Assembly (NCBI RefSeq): GCF_006345805.1
Contig: NC_042997.1
Span: 63,674,001 to 63,738,000 of the forward strand
DNA: 64,000 nucleotides
Direction: 5' to 3'
From: Octopus sinensis
Lineage: Eukaryota
Positions within the stretch are counted from its first letter, which is position 1. Every line of letters begins with the position of its first letter. The position numbers were made by a program, and so were the translations under genes. The notes beneath the pieces are model-generated. The model made no database searches. It was not told where the DNA came from and saw only the letters and a program-made list of their open reading frames with translations. This document shows positions 39,990-54,530 of this stretch, piece after piece.

Positions 39990-41630
39990 TGACTTATATA
40001 GATTTATTTCTGAAAAGAAGAGAATCTGGGATGTGTCGAGCAATTGTTAATCAACAAAACTGTGATGTCAGAGGTGCGAGAGCATAGGAGGAACCTAGTT
40101 TCAGTGTGACTAGACTACAAGAAAGATTTGACTCTGTTCCCCACTCATGGATGCTAGAAGCCCGTCAACGTGCTAAAGTTCCAGTGGGCATAGTCAAAGC
40201 CAAAGCTTACGTAACATAATTGTGGGCTGCCATCTTGAAATTAAACACATAGCGAGACTGTAATATCACTGATAGAATACAGTATCGCAAAGGCATTTTC
40301 CTAGGGGCCACTGGTTCACAAGGAGAAGTACCAAAAATACACACTGATTCTTTGTGGATGAGTTGAAACGTTATGCAAAGAACATGCATGAGATGAAAAC
40401 GAGCCGTCACCTAGGTACAACGTTCTCAAAGGATGTAGGTTGGGGTTTGATAAGGATAAATGTTGTTATATGGTTGTGAAAAGGGGGAAATTATAAACCA
40501 GACTTGCAACATCTCCATCAATGATTTGACTTTTTTCCCTATATCTGACGATAGGGGTGGATGAACACAAATCTTACAATGGTACCTGTAACAAAACATG
40601 TGTCCCTAAAGAATGTTACAGCCGAATAAAGAAAATTTGAACCTCAGAACTCTCTGCATTCAATAAAACAGTGGCCCACAATGTGTTTGCAGTACCAGTA
40701 CTCATACCAACATTTAGGCTACTTGATTTGACGCTTGATGAGATCCGAGCCATTGATGTGAAAACCTGAAATATTTTCACAAACATATATCATTTCCACA
40801 TAAAGAGTGACGTACACCGCCTCTACCTAAAACGAAAACAAGGTGGCTTTTGAATGTTGTATAATATTTTTTCGGCAACGTCTTTTAACCACCAAGTGTC
40901 AAAGTCCATCGCTTGACCAAGTTTGCATACATGAGGTTGATAACATCATAAGGCTTAGAAGGCAACTCCTTGAGCAACATGTTTGATAACCTAGAATACA
41001 TGCCCAAAGAAGTCGCACTGCAACGTATCATCTGACGAAAGGATGAGATTATGCAAGCAGAAGACTATGCATGGATATATTAGTAGAAAACTCCGAGATG
41101 ATAGCAACATTGATCATGATTACTATCTCCCACTTTGAAGATTATGCGTTTGCAATCCAGGAACAGGGGAATACCAATCAAGTACCTGATGCACAAAGGG
41201 GATACATATGCTGGATAAGCAGTAAAATGTGACAACTGATGCAGACTTTGTAGAGTTAATACCAAAGATTTCAGCCACATCATAAATAGTAATCGGAAAA
41301 TGTAATCACGGTATTATCTACCGATGAGATATAATGTTGTAACTATGACACTAATTTGGGATAGAGAAGAGAAACTGTGTACAGTTGTGAAAATTAGCTG
41401 CCCAGCAGATGTCAATATAAGCTGAAGATTAGAGAAAAAGAGAATACCGACGCTGAACTATTGAGAAACATGCAGTTACTCTATCCAAATTACAATATGA
41501 GGTTTATATATGTAATTATTGGGGCCTTGGGATACGTAACACACTGCCCAAATCGAGAAAGGAGAAAGCTAATTCGAAGACTACAGATCCAATCCATCTG
41601 TAAAACTTTCCAGAGTTTTATGATTTAAAT
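39990..41630 (+). mobile_element. Degenerate R4/Dong-like non-LTR retrotransposon
   Basis: GCVEQLLINK, LDYKK/FDSVPHSW, FSKDV, DVHRLYLKRKQGG, a CRLC..HII zinc knuckle and ELLRNMQLLYPNY..IIGALGYV (REL region). Confidence 0.8.
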
Positions 41631-41671
41631 ATATATGGACACGTCTAGATATGCAACTATATGCGCAACAT

Positions 41672-41915
41672 ATACATACATACATACATACATACATGCA
41701 TGCATACATACAAACAAACAGAAATATTCTGTTGTTGATGTTAAAATTCCAATGAAGGAGCCTTGGATCTAGTTTAGAAACCTTTCTGTATTGGCAAGGA
41801 ATCTTGAAATAAACCTGAACAATGACATGCATGCATACATACATACATACATACATACATACATACATACAATACATACATACATACATACATACATACA
41901 TACATACTTACATAC
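41672..41915. repeat. Two (TACA)n arrays
   Basis: Directly visible. Confidence 0.9.
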
Positions 41916-43039
41916 ATAAACAGAAGGGGACGTGAATATAAGCGTTGTATGTTTAATCACCATTTAGCGCTCATGGCGATCGGAATCTTGAACACCGGGA
42001 TGTTTTTCAGTGACAGCTATTCTAGAGCAAGAACTATCCGCTAGAGGAACGATCAAAATCTAGTGGATTTGGGAATAGAAAGAGAGACAACTTATAAATA
42101 GTTGTCAGCTATACTTTTATATGAAAAGTTTCAAATATAATTAACATGATGAAATCAAGATTTTGCAGCTGTTTCGAATGATAGTTGGCTGGTTGATAGC
42201 ATAATGTATATAATGCAAGCACGTCCAATATGGAAGTAGTATTTTCAATTGACATAAAAGGAAAACAAAATAGCGACAAGAACATCCGTTGATATCTTTG
42301 TGAAGTAATATCAGAATTTTTAGACGATCAAGAAAAACAACTATATATTGGGACTATAAATGAGATTGCTAGAAATACATAGATCAGAGGTGATAGAGAA
42401 AGATAGAAAGGTAGTTAGGTATAGTGGACAGAATATCTGCGAGGAAAGGAAAAGGAAAAGTAGATGAATCGACAGGAACCATAGCTATGGCGGTAGTAAT
42501 ACAACTGAGATATTGAGTGGCTATAATCCTAGAAAGAGCAAAGGAAAAAAAAAAGGGAGCGAAGGTTGTGACTGTAAGGTGTCAAAGAGGGCAAGGCTAA
42601 AGAAACTACGCAAGTCAGTAAGTGTAATTTATCCACTTTCGTCACAAGAGTTATAAGCAGTGGCTATAAAGCTAAGTACTAATAGAAGTGTGGAAAGCAG
42701 ACCAGCTCAAAGAAACCGCATTAATCATAGCACACCGGACTTTTGTGAGAAATTAAAATAAAACCTGTCAAATATACAAACAATTCGTGTGTACTGGAGC
42801 CCGAGTCAAGTATATGTATCTCATGTAAGGAAAGGTGAGTGGACGTAGGAGAATAACGGGAAATTACTGTTTTGTTGTGGTGAGGATAAAGAAACTATGA
42901 AAGGCGTAAGTCGTATTTCACATGTAATATTAGTTTCAAAGTTTGGGCCAAAGTCAGCAGTTTCAAAAGAATTCGGCAATCGATTAGATGAACTCCCAGT
43001 GTTTAACGATGAGTGAACTTTATGTTCAAAATGAAATAT

Positions 43040-43212
43040 CTATTAAATAATGTCGGTTCGTGGTTGCGAAAGATGTCGAGTGATTCTTTAAAACAAAGTT
43101 TAAAAACTCACAGATAATGGGCCAAGATAAGGGAAATATTTTGGTATTTGAGAGTGCACATGTGAGTTGTTAGTGAGGTAGATAAGTTCTTTTGGAGAAA
43201 GAATTCATGCAT
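43040..43212 (-). mobile_element. Naiad-type PLE GIY-YIG C-terminal fragment
   Basis: Its reverse complement matches 45860-46065 (LSTSLTTHM.TLKYQNI). Confidence 0.7.
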
Positions 43213-43313
43213 GCACAGTATGTGTGTGTGTGTGTCTGTGTGTGCGTGTGTGTATATATGTATATGTGTGTATGTAATACACCGTGGCATACGTATGTAT
43301 ATACATACATAAC

Positions 43314-43650
43314 GTGGCACTCCGTGGGTTACGACGACAAGGGTTCAATATAATCCGATCAACGAAACAGCCAGCACGTGAAATTAACGTGTAAGTGGCT
43401 GAACACTCCACACTCCACAGACACATGTACTTTCAGTTTAATTCACGGGGAAATTCAATGTGACAAGGCTACAACATAAGCAAGAAGAAAGAGCGAGAAA
43501 AAGTTGTGGTGAAAGAGTACAGTAGGGTTCACCACCACCCGCTGGAGATTTAGGTATTTTCGCTCAATAAACACTCACAACGCCCGGTCTGGTAATCGAA
43601 ACCACGATCCTACGACCGCGAGTCCGCTGCCATAACCACTGGGCCTCCAC
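43314..43650 (-). mobile_element. tRNA-derived SINE, near full length
   Basis: Head CCCAGTGGTTATGG...GGTTTCGATTACC and tail CCCTTGTCGTCGTAACCCACGGAGTGCC. The same tail occurs at 10440-10525. Confidence 0.8.
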
Positions 43651-43669
43651 ATACACATACATACACACA

Positions 43670-43703
<34 letters not shown>

Positions 43704-44847
43704 TGAGAGAGAGAGAGAGAGAGAGGTAGGCAGGTAGATATATATATATATATATACATACACATATCTATATATATTAGCTGAAAGTTAGTGGTGGACT
43801 TCAGGCATTTGCTTTGTGGGGAGACGTAACTATAAGGTCCTGCGTACTACGCAGGACCTTAAACCCAGTAAAGTAGTCATTATATAAAGAGAAGCTAAAT
43901 AATTAGAAGCAAAAATCACATAAAATATATCATGCGATTAATGATACGGTTGCAATATATATCTGCAATTTATATTCTCGACGCTAATGATGAGTTGTAA
44001 CAGTGTTGAGGATATTTTTCTTTGCCATGTTTGGATATTAACAGGTTTACACCATTATTCAACGGATATATTTTTTTAATGACTCTTCCTAGACATCATA
44101 TTTCTTTGTAATTACTGATGCTAGAGCATAACATTAAAATAAATCTTAGTTGATTAAACAGACGCACATATGCAAGTATTAAAATACACAAGCACACATA
44201 CGTACGCGGCCGCAAATCTACGTGTTGTTGTGAGATATTGGAAGCTAGAAAGAGAGAGAGAGAGAGAGAGAGAGTGAGAGAGAAGGTTAACGAGGTGATG
44301 ATCGATTATAGCGAGACAGAGCGTACGCGTTGCCTATAATTTTGCTGTTATGGTTATTATAATTTCTATTTCATTATTATGATTAACATTTTCATTAATA
44401 TTTAATAAGGCTGCTGATATAGTAGTAGATCAAATAATGTGCAGAATTTATCTTCATCACATTACATTCTGAGTTCGAGTTTGTCTAGAATTCATACTTC
44501 TATATCAATTATATACTAAATTGCTCCACTGAGTGTATCCTTTACCACTGTTTGGGGGTGTGCAACAATTTGAAACATTGAAACAATTAATTAATAGAAG
44601 GGTTATATTAAATATTTGGTTATGATTCATTCTATTTTAGTTAGAATAGCAAGTATTTCGTCATGAATCTCCATCTGTCCGGAAACATTAGAATGTATTC
44701 CAGTCAATTCTAATAATCTAATTGTCCGCTTATTGAACCTCATAAACGCCGAAATTTTCGTTTCCGGTTTTTGCATTAAGGCTTCAAGTTCATATGAGAC
44801 TCGTGTTTGCGTTTATAAATATTTATATATGTATATATATATATATA

Positions 44848-44907
<60 letters not shown>

Positions 44908-45489
44908 GTGTGTGTGTGTGTGTGGTGTGTGTGTGTGTGTGTGTATACACACGACTTGTTTATTAGTATTTGTTTATATGTGCACGTGTTTTCGATCTCA
45001 TACATGTTTCACCATGTAGCATTTATACACAAATCATCTGTACCCACCGATTCGGTGTTGTGTCCCATTTTTCATTTTTCGGTATTTACACGTGAGTGTG
45101 TGTGTGTGTGTATGTGCGTGCGTGCGTGCATGTGTGTGTATCTCTATATTTAAGTCACAATATATGAACTCAAGCAATCGGTTGTACTCATAACAAAAGC
45201 TCCTTCATCATTTTACAAAACAAGGAGTATATATAGTACGATATAACAGGCAAGGATGCACAGTCTCTAAATTCATAAATGAGGACATAATTTTGAAGGA
45301 TTTTCTGCATTAGGAATTGATGCAGGCATGTAAGTAAATTATTTATTATGAAATATAATATTATAGATCATATACATGTTTTTGTGTTACGAAATAATTT
45401 GTCACAATATTAGAATTAACGTATTGTTAAATACATTTCACCTACATATTTCTGTCATTTTTGACATACTCAAACACACACACATGCAC

Positions 45490-45561
45490 ATATATGCATA
45501 TATATGTATATATATCTTTATACTTATATATATATATATATATATGTATGTATATATATAT

Positions 45562-45601
<40 letters not shown>

Positions 45602-45640
45602 CTTTATATACTTACATATAAATATAAATATATATATACT

Positions 45641-45671
<31 letters not shown>

Positions 45672-45685
45672 CTTTTACTTATATG

Positions 45686-45764
<79 letters not shown>

Positions 45765-45840
45765 TATATGCATGCATTTTTATATATGTATATACATACA
45801 TACATACACACACACGCGCGCACACATATATATATATACT
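45490..45840. repeat. Long interrupted (TA)n array; similar arrays at 9780-9920, 35850-36040, 44820-44945, 48430-48715, 49050-49310 and 62880-62985
   Basis: Directly visible. Confidence 0.95.
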
Positions 45841-45859
45841 GAAGTGCCGCTACTGAGCA

Positions 45860-46130
45860 CGCATGAGTTCTTTCTCCAAAGGAACTTCTAAATTATCTAC
45901 CTCACTAACAACTCACATACGTACTCTCAAATACCAAAATATTCCCTATCTTGGTTCATTATCTGTGAGGCCCCCCTGTACAACGCAAACCTCTTAGTTT
46001 CTAAATTTTGTTTGAAAGAATCACCGCCATCCTTCGCAACCACGAACCCTCATTATTTAATAGATATTCTGCTGTAATCCTTTCATGTAAACACAAAGTC
46101 GACTCATCGTATGCCCAATATGCTAACTTC
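45860..46130 (+). mobile_element. Naiad-type PLE GIY-YIG C-terminal fragment
   Basis: TSLTTHIRTLKYQNIPY..KFCLKE..ILRNHEPSLFNRYSAVILSCKHK, with frameshifts. Confidence 0.7.
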
Positions 46131-46499
46131 ATGTCATTTCCTAAATATATGACCTTATGCTACAACGTCGCTGTACTAACAACATATCTCTTCTACAATT
46201 ACCACACCTCTACTTTGTGTTTCTTCTTATGATAACCTTTGCACATTCCTCTTATCACTACCACACCTATTATACGTTTCTCCATATGATTACCTTTGCA
46301 CATTCCACTTACTCAGCATATTTCTTATTTTAAAGTTCTCCATCGTCCTTCGATTTTCTTCCTCTTCTCTTTCTAGCTCCTTTTTGTTTTCTACACTGTG
46401 TAGGTTCGCTCAGCTAATATATAAATATTTATTTATTTATACATGAATATTCATCGTCTGAATTTTCAGTCTATATTTTCTCACCATTTGCCATTTGCA

Positions 46500-46533
<34 letters not shown>

Positions 46534-46593
46534 CTGAATGCACGTGCATATATAAAGAAATACTAATGAACACGTCAGCTATCTATCTATCTA

Positions 46594-46624
<31 letters not shown>

Positions 46625-48433
46625 ATATGTTATATATAAGCGCAAGCACAAGACATAAATTTGAAGGCTTAATGCGAAAAAACGGAAACAAAAATACTGG
46701 AGTTTATGGGGTTGAATAAGCGGGCAACTGCCACAAATATGGCGGCCTGGAATTGCTTTGTTAGATACTATTTTCCTTAATACTTTCTCGATATTTCATA
46801 TATAGAATATGGAAATTATTTTTATATTAATATTTTTAAACGTCCCTATTTCCGTCTTCTTACTTTCGCTTCTTACGCACTTTAACATCAAATTAATATA
46901 TAAAATGTAACTTTATTATTCGTTCATAATCTAGTCGTTAAGATATCATATTTGCTGCAAGTGGCGAGCTTTTGCACTCCGAGAAATATGTAGCGGCATT
47001 TCGGTCGTCTTTAGATTATGACATCAAATTTCGCTGAAGTTGATTTACGTTTTTATTTTTTGCATTTCATCCGTTCGACATTGATAAAATTAGTACCTGT
47101 TGGGTATTGGCTTCCTCCCTCGAAAGCGCTGGTCCTGTGCCAATATCTTAAACCAATGTCATATTTCATAGAGTGGTAGTTGAGTGATCATGACATATAG
47201 TTTCTAGCAGGAACTGTATTTTTGAGACATTTAAGCCCATTAATTTACCTGTTTGGCTAAAACAAATTTTCTCCCGAGAAGTGAAGTGAAAGGGGTAAGA
47301 ATTAGAGCAACGATATCAAGATTCGTCTCAAATTATTCGTAAATTTTCAATCATAAAATGATGAAAGTGTATGTAAGATTTGAACTTATGTTGTGCACCA
47401 AGAGACAGAACATATACCGCAAGAAATCCTAATCAATGCCTTCAAGAAAAGTGAAATATTGCCATATCAATGTGTGTTTGTTGACTATGTGTGACTATAT
47501 GATTTTGTGGCAGGTTATTTAAATGCAACTAAAATTTTAGGAATTTAAACAAAACCGTGCTGCCTCTGTAACAAATTAAATTAGTGCTGCATTTCCCAAG
47601 CAATGCCATGCCAGAAACCCTTCTGGTATATTTCTAAAGTCCCAGTTCCAAGAATTTCACTTGCAAAAGTTCTTAATCAGTTCACTTACTTCTTTTTGCT
47701 TGTTAATTTGTGATTGATAGCAACGTTATACAATTTCCTGCGGCACAATGGAATTCAACTCCTTCATGCGAAGCAGTCTGCTACGTTTTCATTTTGTTTT
47801 GTATCGTGATGTACATTACGTCTGCTTTGGACTGTTTTAGTGGTTTGCTTCATTGATTTCTGAGCTTCAATGTCTTTGAATTCATTGGATTTTGTTAATG
47901 TATTTTGCTGTGATTGTGTAGCATGTGACGTGTGATTTGCATTGCTGTTTAGCCACATATAAGCTCCGATCAAAGCGTTATAGGATCAAAAGACTTTTAG
48001 TAAATATATATCTCGGATGACATCATGCAGTGCATCTGTTTCAAGATACTAGACCTTCATTTGAAGACGATTAGGTTATTACTTCTAATATATCTAGCGA
48101 GCTCATAGAAGCTTTAACGTTGGGTGGTGAATTATAGTTTTTAATGGGGTGGTGGCTGTGTCGAATAAGTGCTGCATCCTAGAGTGTTTTTATAGTAAGA
48201 TGGTTATTTAGAGTGTGGTACTGTGTAGAATATTAATATTTTGTTGTCGTTTACATAGCATATATACTGAGTGAGTTGTACAATTGACTATTCAATAATT
48301 TGTTTATATTATAACATAATATGCTATGCCTATAATATAACATAATATAAGATAACACAGTCAATTATTTAATGATCAAAATGCCAACCATTTGCTTCGA
48401 CTTATATACATTTTGGGATATATGCATATATAT

Positions 48434-48467
<34 letters not shown>

Positions 48468-48472
48468 AGATA

Positions 48473-48516
<44 letters not shown>

Positions 48517-48520
48517 TATA

Positions 48521-48561
<41 letters not shown>

Positions 48562-48642
48562 CATATATATATATACATACGTATAGTTATACAGATATAC
48601 ATATGTAGTCATGCTAGATACATATACATATACATACATACA

Positions 48643-48688
<46 letters not shown>

Positions 48689-49225
48689 CATACATGCATA
48701 TATACATACTTAGTCATGCTATATCTTATAAAATTAATGATGCTAGATGCATCCTATGTATACATGAATTATACAAGTTATGAAGCATTTAAGAAGAAAT
48801 TGCTTTACGGAATAAATGAGAGTGTTTGTCTTGTGAACGCTATTCTAATTATGTGTCAAAGAAATAGTATTAAGTATCTATATTTGTATTCGTATGTGTC
48901 CATTTCTATGTGTACATAAATATGTATATATGAATAATCATATATTTATGTGTGTGCATATATGTATTTGTATACATGGGTACATGTTGTTTATATTTAA
49001 CTGGTGCTGTCTATGTTTCGCTATGCTTATATGTGTGTTTGTGCGTGTAATTGTATATATATATATATATATATATATAGATATATGAGTGTACGTGTGT
49101 GTGTGTGTGTGGATACATCTATATATATTTATTTATGCGTATATGTGCGTATATATGTATATGTATGTGTATATATATATGTGTGTGTGTGTGTGTATGT
49201 ATGTATGTGTATATGTATGTATATG

Positions 49226-49289
<64 letters not shown>

Positions 49290-49399
49290 TGTTTGTGTAT
49301 ATGTATATATGTATACCTTTAAGTTTTGCTATCTTAATCTATATAATAGTAATGAATTTCGAAAATTAATTGTTGCTTGATTAATTCCGAATTTGATTC

Positions 49400-52300
49400 C
49401 TGTTAATGGTATTCTCGTAGTTACTGCTATATACAACTGTATATTAGAATTCATCTATCTTTAAACTCTGCCTATGAAAAGACTTATACATAGGGGAATT
49501 TTTTATATATCAAAAAATTTATATAAGTCGAAGCAAATTGTGTGTCATTTTGTTGTTTTAATAATTGTTTATGTTACCTTATATTTCTGTCATATTATAT
49601 TCATGTATATTATGTTATGATATAAATAAATGATTGGATTACCAATCGTATCTCTCTATTTAATTATATCTTTGTAATTTGCCTTATACCCATATTTATA
49701 TGGTATTCAATTGACGTACTAGTGAATTGGACGTTTACCACACCCCTCTCAAGGAATTATCTTCGTTAGCTTAGAATATATATATTCTCTATTTTCTCTC
49801 ATTATTCATGGCGAAGTATATTGCTTATGTATGTGTTTTCTGTCGTTGCAGGGGATGATTAATCTGAAATACTGGCATTAGTTCTCCGATTGTAATGTTT
49901 TCATGATCTGCAATTGATGTTTTGAATGTATTTTTTCCTATTATTTTTGTAACTTTTCTATTACGTGGGTGCAGGAAACTGCCTTTGATGTTGTTCCAGA
50001 ATTTCCTGCACTTGTTGACTCTCACATTATTTTACTTTTTCCCCGCCAGGCGTTGCAGGATCTTGTGTGTTAAGCGTTTTTTTCTCTCTCCAAAAACTAT
50101 TTACTATTAACACGTTTGATTCTATATTGGTTATGTTCTATCGTATCTTTTGTTTTAATCTGAAATAAAAATCATTCTCGTCATCGAGAATAACTTCTGG
50201 TTAGTATGTTATTTTTAAAATTTTATATACCTCTTCTTTTCTTTATAGACTGATCGCTTTCCTTTTGTTTGCTTCTAAGTAATTTTTTTCTAAATGAAAG
50301 CTTCATACTTAGTTTCATATTTCCGTGTGATCAAATCTTATTCTCTTTAAGTTAGTTGTAAGTATATACTATCTATATTGGCTTTAGGACCGATATAGAC
50401 AGCATTTAATTGGAAAATAAATTAACTTTCTAGTGCATCGCTCTAAGCTATTTAATTCCCTTCTTTTATAATTCGTTGAATTTTAGCTGCAGCTTACAAC
50501 GGTGATGGCTAGTGAATTTCTGTCTATCATATTTCTGCCATTGATCGAATTTTTTTTATATGTAACGGATGCTAGCACGCCAGCAAAAAGCTTAGCAGAA
50601 TTTCTTCTGTACGCACGTTCTAAGTTCGAATTTTGCCTTGGGGATCAATAAAGCAAATACCAGTCAACCCCTGCCTCCTTGTACAAAATTTTTAAGCCAA
50701 TATGTGTTGGTTTACTGCGTAGTAATTGTATAACATATGTATTACATATAACAATTGTATAACATATGTATAACATGGTACTGGGGCATTATCGTAGGAA
50801 TTATAATTTCTCCTGTGTGGTTTGTGCTATTGTTTAGTCCATGTCTATTTGGCCCCAAGATTTCAAATTAGGTACTTTTAGAATAATTTTTGTTGAAAAG
50901 TCTTCTAGTTCAGGTCTTTCCTGTGTAGTGTGTCTTAGCAATTTATTGTTTCCAAATATTTTTACAGGCGATTTTGCTCTTATGCCCAAATTTCAGCGAG
51001 TTGATCTAGTATAATGCTTTCAACTGTGGTCTATTAGCTTAATTTTCTTAGAGTTGCCATTTGTTTAATACGATATCTGTACACTTTTCAATAGTTTCTC
51101 TAATAGAAAATTGTACATTGTAAATAGATTATATTCATTCATGTAAGGAAGAAAATTTATGATATATAAATATAGTTTATAACTATTGATAATTTTATTT
51201 AGTAAATGTGCTAATAAAGCAAACCTAGGCGGTAGATGAGAGGAATTAAAGAATTTCTCTGAAATATTTTTCTTCCTATATGTCTTGCGTAGTTGTGTGC
51301 CATCTCTTTGCACGAAAGCGATGTATTTGCCTTCAATTTTCATATTGGATATACTTTATTCACATGTAGTTTTTCTAATGTCCAAGAGGGTGATATACCT
51401 TGAAATGTATTGCAGTAAGCAATTAGTAATATCTTAAGGTTTCTCAGTTCTTCATTGAGTTCCCAGTTAATCGTTTTGTATACACAACGTCGGATTCGTT
51501 AAATTAGTTATTTTAAATAAGTACCTGATTTTTACGTACACCACTCAATCTCCAGCACTTTGCTGCGCTCCGGTAAGACGTTATGATTAACTATTGGGTT
51601 GGCAACAAAGTTCCCGCCCTGTTTTTAAATTTAAATTTAAAAAAAACTTTGATAAAAAAAACTAATTAATCAATAATGTATTCACTCTTGTTGTTTACAA
51701 CTTCTTCCCAGCGTTCAACAAGATTTTCAATAACTCGTTGGTAGAAATCACTCGATTTCGACTGGTAAAATTTATCCAACCAAGCTCTCAATTCTGCATC
51801 AGTATTGAACGAAACATCACGCCTAGCATTTGAAAGAGATTGAAAGAGGGAAAGATCAGTTGGTGCCGAATCAGGAGAGTATGGCGGGTGTGGCAGCACT
51901 TCCCAGCTATGCGTTTGAATGGCTTTTGCGGCCTTAGAACCTTGATTAATAGCAACAAGAAGGTGGTGTCGAAAATGCATGTTATTCTTGACTTATCGTT
52001 CCATTTTAATGATTTGAAAATAAACTAAAATTAACTAAATTTTAATAGAAAAGAAAAACAAAATAGATTCCAAAATCATTCAAAAATAGCATTCTCGAAA
52101 AAAAGTAGATTCCAAAATTTAAAAACGCAATAAATTCCGAAATTTAAAAAAACCGGCGGGAAATTGTTTGCCAACCCACTAGATCTCTCTTTTGGAGTAT
52201 CTATTATATTTCGTATTTTGCGAATCAATATTTATTCACCTCTGTTAATCATTTAGATTGTAATTCTGATATATTTACAAGTTCATTGACTGCTCTTCTA

Positions 52301-52700
52301 ACAATGAGTATTCGTTAGTTATTTATAAATATATTAGATTTTTATTAATAATATTTATAAATGTTGCTTAGTAACAATGAACGTTCTGTTTCTGACAAGT
52401 CTTTATCGCGGTACTGAATCATATGGGTCAATATGGCGTTATTATTAATGTTATTGATTCAGAATTTCTCCAAAGATTCTTCAATATCCATGAATGTTGG
52501 CGAATCATCAATTTCTTTACATATATAGTTTTCGTAAAGTCCATCTAAAAATACACGGGTATTCCTCATTTTTTATATTTGTCGCTGTTCCTCTCTGATC
52601 CGTGCCCTGTATATTTTCTGGGGAAGGTTACAACCGTGTGTGTTTTGAATCTTTTGTATCTTTTGTATCTTTTATAGATTATAGAGTTTAGGCTAAAATT
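49400..52700 (-). mobile_element. Old degenerate PLE split by a mariner insertion
   Basis: Weak minus-strand remnants: DKDLSETERSLLL and AFVQRDGTQLRKTYRKK..FFNSSHLPP. Boundaries are approximate. Confidence 0.45.
51594..52179 (-). mobile_element. Internally deleted mariner element
   Basis: TIRs TTGGGTTGGCAACAAAGTTCCCGCC / GGCGGGAAATTGTTTGCCAACCCAC, flanked by TA. Transposase C-terminus WEVLPHPPYSPDSAPTDLSLF...LVERWEEVVNNKSEYIID. Confidence 0.9.
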
Positions 52701-53171
52701 TCACTTTTTTAGGCGAGTACACGATAAATAATTGCACTTACGCGTATGCGATGGTCACCATTAAAAACAAAATATAGCTCAATAACAAAAATACTTTTCA
52801 ATATCAACACACCACCACCTCCACTATTTGCGTCTCTCTCAATATAACTGTCTACCTTGTCCACCTGCTTCTATCTATCTTTCTTTTCAGCTAATTTTTT
52901 AGCCACATATTCCTTCCCAACCCGACCACACATCGTTATGACTTCTTCCTCCCTCTTTTTCTATCGTCGTCGTTTTTCTTTTGTTCTTCACCTCCAAATG
53001 ATATTCAGTTGATCATGTAACTATCTGGCCTAAGAGTAATAATATCAATCGCCTTTCTCTACTTCTTTCTACACTCAATCTTCATTCCTCCCCTTTCTCT
53101 CACACTTACTCCACCTCCCACACACTCTGCCTCCACCTTTGTAAGTAACTAATGTATTAACGAACAAGTTG

Positions 53172-53231
<60 letters not shown>

Positions 53232-53295
53232 CACACACACAAACACACAAACACACACACACACATACATATAAAAATATTATATATTTTCTCTT

Positions 53296-53500
53296 GCTCG
53301 TAAAATTTTCAGCTGTTCCAGCCCTCTGTCGTGTCTGTTTAATATATATATATATATATATATGAATAAATACATAAATGGAGTTGAATGAAAATGTTAA
53401 TAAAATTCCTCTACTTTCGACATATGTTTCGAAGACAACATGGTTTTATTCCAAAGGAATAAACGGTGTAAGATTCATTCACCCATCGAAATATATATAT

Positions 53501-53542
<42 letters not shown>

Positions 53543-53607
53543 ATATATAATATATATATATATAACAGACACGACAGAGAACTGGAACAGCTGGAAATTT
53601 TACAAGC
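53296..53607. mobile_element. PLE terminal fragment with half hammerhead and 44-bp inverted repeat
   Basis: 53410-53465 is homologous to 12940-12995; 53296-53339 is inverted relative to 53564-53607 (40/44). Confidence 0.7.
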
Positions 53608-53789
53608 TAGTGGAAATAAGAAAAACTGGAAATTTACGCAATATATAATAGGTATTAGAAAATTGCGAAAAACTGAAAACAAATTACTTCACGAAGAGCA
53701 TACCGAATTGTTAAAGATATAACTAATGTGTGGTTGACTAAATGTTAAGTTACTAAACATGAAAATAGCAAAGTAGTAAGCAAAAAGAA

Positions 53790-54530
53790 AGGAAGTCAGT
53801 GATAAGTAAATCCTGCGCAGATTTGTATAGCTATAACCCGGAGGTGTATAGTAATGTGCAGAAACAATTAAGGAAAGAAACTCTATTTAATAAACAGCAA
53901 GAGCCAGATAACATTTCAAATGATGCTATACAAGCAATTAGGAAACTAAACTGTAATAAATCACCTGGAACGGATAACATAAATACAGAGCTGTTAAAGA
54001 AGGAAGGTTAATTTGTTATCGAGATTCATTGCAAAATTATATTAGTTTTCTATGTAGTACAGAACGACCCGGTAAATGGACAGAATCGATTGTTATATCA
54101 CTGCCAAAGAAAGGAAAGACGAACATTTTGAAAACAACTATGCAATTAGTTTAATTAGCCATCCTAGCAACGTTTTGCTGTCTATTTTATTTAGTCGAAT
54201 GGAACAGTCAATAACAATGATACTTAGTGAAATATAGGCTGGTTTCCAATACGATAAGTAAATACACTGGTGAGCTGATTTGTGATATTAATATTATAGC
54301 AGAAAACTATTTGGAATACCGGTCAGATCTTTATTACAACTTCACCTATCATAAGAATGGTTTGATGATGTGAAATTGGGCACTATAGCATATTATGAGA
54401 AAACTTTACATCATGAAATTGTTAGAAGAACAACAAACTACATACCTCTTCTGATAATTACTTAAAGGCGGTAAAATGATCGTATTCGACGTAATATAGT
54501 ATGATATTATTCTTTTGGTCAATGAACCAC
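53790..54530 (+). mobile_element. Degenerate RTE-clade reverse transcriptase
   Basis: AIRKLNCNKSPGTDNINTELLK, LPKKGK and ISLISHPS, with many stops. Confidence 0.7.

Noticed and set aside
41950-42900. Possible PLE RT remnant on the minus strand (DVLALYT)
   Set aside because: A single short motif with no supporting neighbours.
47150-47990. Possible hAT transposase fossil on the minus strand
   Set aside because: Only a WHC tripeptide and general composition support it, which is not enough.
45490-48715. TT/AA phase shifts within (TA)n arrays as a higher-order pattern
   Set aside because: Spacing is irregular; consistent with slippage or long-read consensus error.
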